The notes under the pieces: generated by a model | The model's input: the letters and a program-made list of their open reading frames with translations, nothing else | What the model was told of the DNA's origin: nothing | The model's database searches: none | Shown here: in pieces, positions 56,325 through 64,000 of the stretch | Numbering within the stretch: position 1 is the stretch's first letter | Layout: the number at the start of each line of letters is the position of its first letter | Translations under genes and position numbers: made by a program | NCBI GenBank assembly: GCA_951406725.2 | Contig: OX597835.1 | Span: 18,786,001 to 18,850,000, forward strand | Direction: 5' to 3' | DNA: 64,000 bases | Source of the DNA: Octopus vulgaris | Lineage: Eukaryota

Positions 56325-58906
56325 TTAACAGTATATAGTCTGCTTAATGATATGCATTTGCGGTTCCTCTTGGAAATGTTCTAATTTCTTCCAAGTATTG
56401 AAGATCCCCCAGGCGAAAACTTGAATTCCGAGCTCCAAATTAAAATTATGACTTTATTCTATGGAAACGGCAATTTGCAACCAAGATCGTAACTTATTAG
56501 ACATGTAATGTCTTATTTTAACCATATTTTAAGATGGATGGAATTCCAAAACTCCATTGTTTTTAGTATTCAAATTATCCGTTATTGCATTTCGATTATT
56601 TTCGTAAGCATCTATTAATTTCGGCTCCATTTGCATTTCATATCTTCTTTGAAAGTAGAATAATATAGTTTTCTTTGATTCAAACTTTATGCCTCTATTT
56701 TAGTATTTTTTATAAGATACTTTACAATTGTTTTCTGACAGTTAAATTTTCTCATATGTCTCTATATGAAGAAAAAGCAACCTTTCTAATTACAGGTGAA
56801 ATATTCAAAACTTCTCCATTATTTTCCTTGAGTACATGTCAAATGTTAAATAATTTAGCATAAAGCTGGCAATAATTCCAATAGACGGCAGTAATTGCAA
56901 AAAGCACCGTATTCTTGTCTCTTACTATGTTTTTCTTCATTTATAACTATGTAAAGAAGTAAAAGAATATTAGATATGCCTTTGCAAATGCGTTAGTATC
57001 CTAGATATCGAATAGAGGAAGAAATTTATTTATGTCTAGCACATTCTAAGAATGTTTGTGTCTTGTACTCAAGGATATCACTTCATAAGTCTTCGTAATA
57101 TAGTTTTATAATCTCATCTCTGCTTCTCTGTTTCACATGGCTATACTGATATTGTCTTCTCTTCAACATTGCCAAGGGATATTTTTTTTTAAAGAAGCAT
57201 CACTTATCAATGCCTCTAGCATCTTAGTGCAGTGTGAGCATGGGAAGATCTTTTGTCGCTGATTACCTGCAGCGCATGCTTTAATGTCGACCGCGTGTAC
57301 CAAATACTTTTTCTTAATTTTCTTTCATCGCGTTTATACGCGTCAGTTGAGTGCAACAGGTCACTTCAGGGCTTTAACACCGGAAGCAAAGTAGCTCTGA
57401 AGGGCATTTTCCATTAGAATATTCCTCTTTTTATAAATAGCTTCTATTATTTCCTCTTTCGTCTGTATTTACGGAAAATTTTAACGCATCATTTTGAGAT
57501 GCATGACGTACCTACGTTTTCTTAGCGCTACCAAAGACATGGTCAAATGTTCCTGTTACATGCAGGAAAATCTATGTAAAGAGTTTTGTAGAAGGGAAAA
57601 CCATGCTTATTTGATTGCTGTCTCTCTTAGTCATACGTTTTTCCCAGCTATATCAATAATTATAAAATGCTCTCTGATTTTAGTTCAGTTATATTTTCCT
57701 TGCATGGTTAATGCTTGTTAAGCTTTGAAATGTAAGCTGTCGGGAACATTTTACTGTTCCACAATGTTTAACGTTGCTTCATGCTTGTTGTATGATACGC
57801 TTGAAAATTAAGATTTCTTTTGCCGGTTATTCAGTTACAATTTGTTTCAAGTTATTTCAGCTTATCATTAAATAGTTTCACGTCTCAGGTGCAGCCCTAC
57901 CATACTCTATTCATTTTATCAATTTCAGGTACATTTCAGGTTTCCAATTCCCTGTATTCTCTGGAATATTGTTCGTGATGATGTGATCATGATTGCTTAA
58001 GTGCAGCAATTATTGGACTGACCATTCCTCTTTAAAGGGATTATACAGCAATTAAGCTCGCCGGAATACTTTGATTTGCTACTGTCAGTAAGATATCGGT
58101 TTCGAACATGGCAACAAAGCCAGCAGTTTGGGGGAGGAGGGTTAAGCTGATTACATCAACATCAACGTTCAACTGGTATTCATGTTATCGACCCCAAAAG
58201 GATGAAAGGCAAAATCAACCTCGGCAGGATTTGAACACAGAACGGACGAAATGCTGCTAAGAATTTTGCCCAGCGTATTAAGGCTTCTGCCAGCTCAAAG
58301 ACTTAGCGTTAGTAACATATTGATGCCTATTTCGTGTTTAAATATGATATATACGAAAAGTATATATAGATATTTATATCAAACCTTCTAGCTAATGTGA
58401 GATTACTCCCTTGCATATATAAGCAATATGATTGTGGACCCGATATGGGGGGTTAACCCTGGACATTTTTAAACTTGTCTAGTAACTCCAATACTCTATT
58501 GGGATTTCATTAACGATTCAGTTCTCAGTTTTTTTTTTTCTGTTCCCGAATAGTTATATATAAATAAGAAGTGATTCTTTATGTCTGAACATACAGTGAT
58601 CACTGAAATGTATACCTATAGTTTGCATCACTGCATAATATCAAAATAAAACATAGTTAGTCCACTGGTATTCTGGTAATTGTAAACGTTACATGATTAT
58701 GGGAAGTAGTCTTTCCAAATCCTTTCGGCTCACACTAATGTTGGATTTAAAGACATTGATTCAATGCGCAAGTTCAAGTGTAAATTCAGTAGCTGATGAA
58801 ATCCCAGAATGACATTGAAAATAAACAGGCTCATCTCTTTTCCTCTCTGAGATGGCTTTCATCACCAAGTATATTGTGTATTCATGTGTAATGTACACAT
58901 CTGTCT

Positions 58907-58951
<45 letters not shown>

Positions 58952-59048
58952 TTCGACGAACATTTATATAAATATTGAGTAATACAAAACACTATATCTG
59001 CGAAAATATTTAGAGCCCCAGTAGACGCAGGAGATGTGGTGGTGGCGG

Positions 59049-59132
<84 letters not shown>

Positions 59133-59565
59133 CATATCGTTTGGTAATTCTTTTTAACAGGTGAATAGACAACTGAATCTTATAGTCAACACTACCGAAG
59201 AGAAATGCTATAGCTATCATTCGTAAGTAAAACAAAACAACGAAAGAGAAGATAATGATAGTCTCGTTGCAGCGAACGATGACCGTACGGTGTGTGTTTA
59301 AAGAAGTTAGAGAATAATGAATATGAAATGAATATCAAATACTAATTCTATGTATTTTTTGTTTCTATCTGCATACACGTACATATATGCACATACGGAT
59401 ATATATATTGTTGTGTCTGGGGAGAGTCATTCTCTTTTAGTGCCTTATTATTTAACACACTCACCGGTAAAATTTTCACTTCACTTATTTCTTATTTTTA
59501 TATTCTGAAATTTTCTTTGCGTCTTGCAACATTTTCAATAGTTTTGACTCAATATATATATATAG

Positions 59566-59958
59566 GCGCAGGAGTGGCTGTGTGGTAAGTAGCTTGTTTA
59601 CCAACCACATGGTTCCGGGTTCAGTCCCACTGCGTGGCATCTTGGGCAAGTGTCTTCTGCTATAGCCCCGGGCCGACCAATGCCTTGTGAGTAGATTTGG
59701 TAGAAGGAAACTGAAAGAAGACTGTTGTATATATGTATATATGTATATGTGTGTTTGTGTGTGTGTCCCTAGCATTGCTTGACAACCGATGCTTGTGTGT
59801 TTACGTCCCCGTCACTTAGCGGTTCGGCAAAAAGAAGCCAATAGAATAAGTACTGGGCTTACAAAGAATAAGTCCCGGGGTCGATTTGCTCGACTAAAGG
59901 CGGTGCTCCAGCATGGCCGCAGTCAAACGACTGAAACAAGTAAAAGAGTAAAAGAGTA
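59566..59958 (+). mobile_element. SINE family C, full length
   Basis: Complete head to (gagtaaaa)n tail in a TA context. Confidence 0.9.
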
Positions 59959-60070
59959 TATATATATACACACATATACAAAGGACATTACCTCTGGTAT
60001 TCAAGTTCTATTTCTTCCATCTTGTTTCACATTTACGTGCTCATTCTGGTATATACATACATACATGTAT

Positions 60071-60108
<38 letters not shown>

Positions 60109-61085
60109 CATCCTTCAAATGTGTGTGCGTGCGTTTGTGTGTGTCTATGTGTGTGCGTGTGTGTGCAGTTATGCTTGCGTGTCGAATGAGTGTATCATGT
60201 GTATTAGGATAATTCCTTGGACTTCCACGAAAATCCATTCATTTAACCAACTCTGGATTACGCTCTAATCCATCCTCGATAAAAAAAGTGCTTTGCCTTT
60301 ACAATCACTTATACAATATCCACTTTTTAAAGCATTGCAGCGTAATTTCAAAGATACTGAGCCTTGTTTCTGAAACCCCCAGTCAGTTATTTACAGACTA
60401 AGTTGGTTTGCCCCAGATCAAGTGTAATCGACACTTCACATCGGGTCTGCGTAGATTACTATAGAAATCCATCGCATATTGCAAATCAAACACAGCAAAT
60501 AAACATATGTATTTTTTTTTTTTATAATTCCCTATTTCGTTTTCCTCCAATTTATTAGTTTCACATTCGGCGATGCCTCATTCTAACAGAGCAACACTAT
60601 GCAAATGCGGCAGATAACATTTAAGAATATTTTCCGAATCCATAATCCATAATTTCACAGCAAGTGAACAGAATAATCTTCAGCATATCATGGCAAGATT
60701 CCTATCAAATCCACTGAAATGAAACGACAGTGTGAAATTACGAAATATAGAAAACACAGCCATCATAATATAAACCGTCTAAGAAGGATCAGCTTTATTC
60801 TAACAGCTTATTAGCAACAATACTACTGGAATGCCCCGTTATTAAAATACACAGCATTTGTGCATGTTGATATAAAGTATAATATAACAGCGCAGTTTTG
60901 TTCCCTGTTCCAGATGGCAGAAACGAGTAGCTATTATATTTTAGCGTTTATGTCTCTGTTTCTTGATCTCGGATAAATGAAAAATTTCCGATATAGTAAA
61001 TAATAACGCGAGTATATCAATACATGCATAAATGCATACTTGTATACGTGTATACACTCACGTCTGTTTATATATGAATGTGATA

Positions 61086-61128
<43 letters not shown>

Positions 61129-61150
61129 CACACACATATATATATATAAA

Positions 61151-61208
<58 letters not shown>

Positions 61209-61211
<3 letters not shown>

Positions 61212-61720
61212 GAGGCGCGTGACTTAGTGGTTAGGATGTCAGCATCATGATCGTAAGATTGTGGTTTCGATTCCTGGACCGGGTGACGCGTTGTGTTTTT
61301 GAGCAAAACACTTTCTTTATAGCCCACAATGGGCTAAACCGAAAGGGGACAAACAAGGACAGACAAACGGATTAAGTCGATTACAGCGACCCAGTTCGTA
61401 AATGGTACTTAACTTATCGACGCCGAAATGATGAAAGGCAAAGTCGACCTCGGCGGAATTTGATCTCAGAACGTAGCGGCAGACGAAATAACAATTTCTT
61501 TACTACCCACAAGGAGCTAAACATAGAGAAGACAAACAAGAACAGACAAACGGATTAAGTCGATTATATCGACCCCAGTGCGTAACTGGTACTGATGTAA
61601 TCGACCCCGTAACGAAGAAAGGCAAATTCGGTCTCGGCAGAATTTGAACTGAGAACGTAACGGCAAACGAAATACAGCTACGCATTTCGCCCGGCATGCT
61701 AACGTTTCTGCCAGCTCACT
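61209..61720. mobile_element. Family B-like SINE head (+) truncated by a family D dimer (-)
   Basis: ggaggcgcgtgacttagtggttagg...ggtttcgattcc, then two reverse D units. Confidence 0.8.
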
Positions 61721-61751
61721 ATCTTGTGAACGTTAATATAATGTTCGAAGA

Positions 61752-61965
61752 TAAGGCGGCGAGATGGCAGAATTGTTACCATGCCGGGCGAAATGCACAG
61801 CGGCATTTCGTACGTCTTTACCTTCTGAGTTCGAATTCAGCCGAGGTCGACATCGCCTTTCATTCGTTCGAGGTCTATAAAATAAGTACCAGCTGAGTAA
61901 TTGGACAATGTAATTACCTTAGAACCTTGCCCGAGATTTCTGGCCTCTTACCAAATTTTGAATCC
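61752..61965 (+). mobile_element. Diverged family D SINE with 16-bp TSD
   Basis: atataatgttcgaaga at 61736-61751 and 61966-61981. Confidence 0.8.
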
Positions 61966-62356
61966 ATATAATGTTCGAAGAATTCTAAATTGAAATTGTA
62001 GATGTTCGTAATCACATACAACTAATTTGAAATTCATGCTGAATAAGAATATTTCTAAATTTGCTGAACAGGTAGGAGAGATATATTAGTGTATCTAAGT
62101 ATGCATGTAAATATCCACGTTGCAAATGGAATTGATTAAAGAAATAATACGAAATTAAATTTTCCATATTTCACATAGATAACTCAGATAGATCCCATTC
62201 GAGATATTGAATATCGTATGAGTGTGTGTATATTGGTGTATGCCTAAGCAGACATAGGTGTGTATTGGTGTATCTATATGCATACTTGCAAAATATAAGC
62301 AAACGAGCATGGATGCATTCTTTCATATAAATATATATGAATATATATACATATAC

Positions 62357-62397
<41 letters not shown>

Positions 62398-62433
62398 TAG
62401 ATAGATACATCATATATATATATATATACATAC

Positions 62434-62475
<42 letters not shown>

Positions 62476-62664
62476 AATACATATGTATATGAATTTGTAT
62501 TGATACATTTCTACATATGCAAATATATATTTGTTTTGATAAATATATTGACGCGAGTATACGCATATACGTTGATATATGTGTGTGTTTGTGTGTGTAT
62601 GCGTATGTGTTTCAGCATATAGAGTAATACCCATACACTCATGTACATATACATCTCTAGCAAA

Positions 62665-62732
<68 letters not shown>

Positions 62733-62740
62733 ATATATGT

Positions 62741-62771
<31 letters not shown>

Positions 62772-62993
62772 CACACATGCTTATGTGGACTTATCATCGT
62801 GCATGTGGATGTAAGCACGTTTTACATTGTGGAGTCGATGTGTGAATACAGGAAATTCGTAATTTGTTTAATTTTGAAAATACATTTACAATTTAATTTT
62901 GTACAACAATAATATTAAACATAACACGAATTATCATTCTTAATATCATTACTACTACTACTACAACTGCTACTACTATTATTATTATTATTA

Positions 62994-63086
<93 letters not shown>

Positions 63087-63480
63087 TCGTGTAAACATCG
63101 AAGTAATTTTTAGACCAAAAAAGAGTTTTATTTATACATTATATGCTTCTTTGATGTTTTCATTTCAAATATTAATTTTTCCACGTGCTCAATCACCAAC
63201 TTCCATTTTACAAAGCAACTTTCATTATTACATCTATATATTTATTTCCTCTTTCCTCGTAACCTAATTCTTGAAACATTTTTTTTTTCGTTTTGTTTAC
63301 TAACAAACTAGACAGGAAAAATTGAATTTTTAAATTTGTTCTTTTAAAGTAGACAGCCAGCAAAAAAAAAGTATATATAATAATTTGATTTAAAAAAAAT
63401 TAAAATCAAAAGAAGATAATTTGATAAAATACAACTATACATTTAAAACAAATTGAGAACACACGTAGTCGGACGCAGAG

Positions 63481-63531
<51 letters not shown>

Positions 63532-63696
63532 CACACACACACACAGAAACACAACCACACAACCACACACATACACGCACATACATACAAGTATGTGGTT
63601 TATACTATTTATAACCTACATTCTAACATTCTCAGCAGATTGAGTCACTTTTTAGTATAGTGGATAACTTAATCAATTTAGGAAGCATATAACGCT

Positions 63697-63731
<35 letters not shown>

Positions 63732-63759
63732 CATATGTATATATATATATATATATATA

Positions 63760-63824
63760 AAGATAACCGAAGAGATGGTGTTGTGGATTTACACCTCGGC
63801 ATTCGAAACTCAGAGTTTTATCTT
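63760..63824 (+). ncRNA. Hammerhead motif (U4 to C), same family as 1281-1342, in a ~115-bp element between (TA)n tracts
   Basis: aagauaa CCGAAGA gaug...cauuc GAAA cuc a gag UU uuaucuu; 7-bp stem I; downstream gaataattgtcacatatta shared with 1243-1280. Confidence 0.7.
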
Positions 63825-63871
63825 GGCCACCGAATAATTGTCACATATTATTTTACAGATAAATTTCCTCC

Positions 63872-64000
<129 letters not shown>

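Noticed and set aside
56340-58090. Possible host exons in complex sequence (also 15330-15690, 47560-47900 and 51840-52480)
   Set aside because: No sustained ORF or recognisable domain; only faint LINE-like traces, too weak to call.
58790-58840. CUGAUGA...GAAA motif (similar chance hits at 18128, 35903, 48124 and 60677)
   Set aside because: No convincing stem I or stem III pairing.

Overview
AT-rich eukaryotic non-coding DNA packed with microsatellites ((TA)n, (CA)n, (AAT)n, (TATC)n, (AAG)n) and transposon debris. The SINE families and microsatellite density suggest an octopus/coleoid genome (inference from recognition, not from a search). I found no credible host protein-coding exon; nearly all ORFs in the track are microsatellite or SINE read-throughs. 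Recognisable content: about 35 copies of several modular tRNA-derived SINE families, many with TSDs; decayed R4/Dong LINEs with (AAT)n tails; mariner and Tc1 relics; a Gypsy gag-protease relic with a nested TG...CA insert and a 4x153-bp tandem array; a deleted Helitron with a PIF1 C-terminus; a head-to-head pair of non-autonomous Helitrons; and a Penelope-like (Naiad-type GIY-YIG) 3' fragment. The main hidden signal is a dispersed set of about 9 minimal type-I hammerhead ribozyme motifs from about 6 sequence families. All lie in short elements within or beside (TA)n/(AAT)n tracts, several in inverted-repeat arrangements, and one family has a recurrent non-canonical CUGUnGA core. Folds and translations were done by eye; repeat boundaries are approximate.
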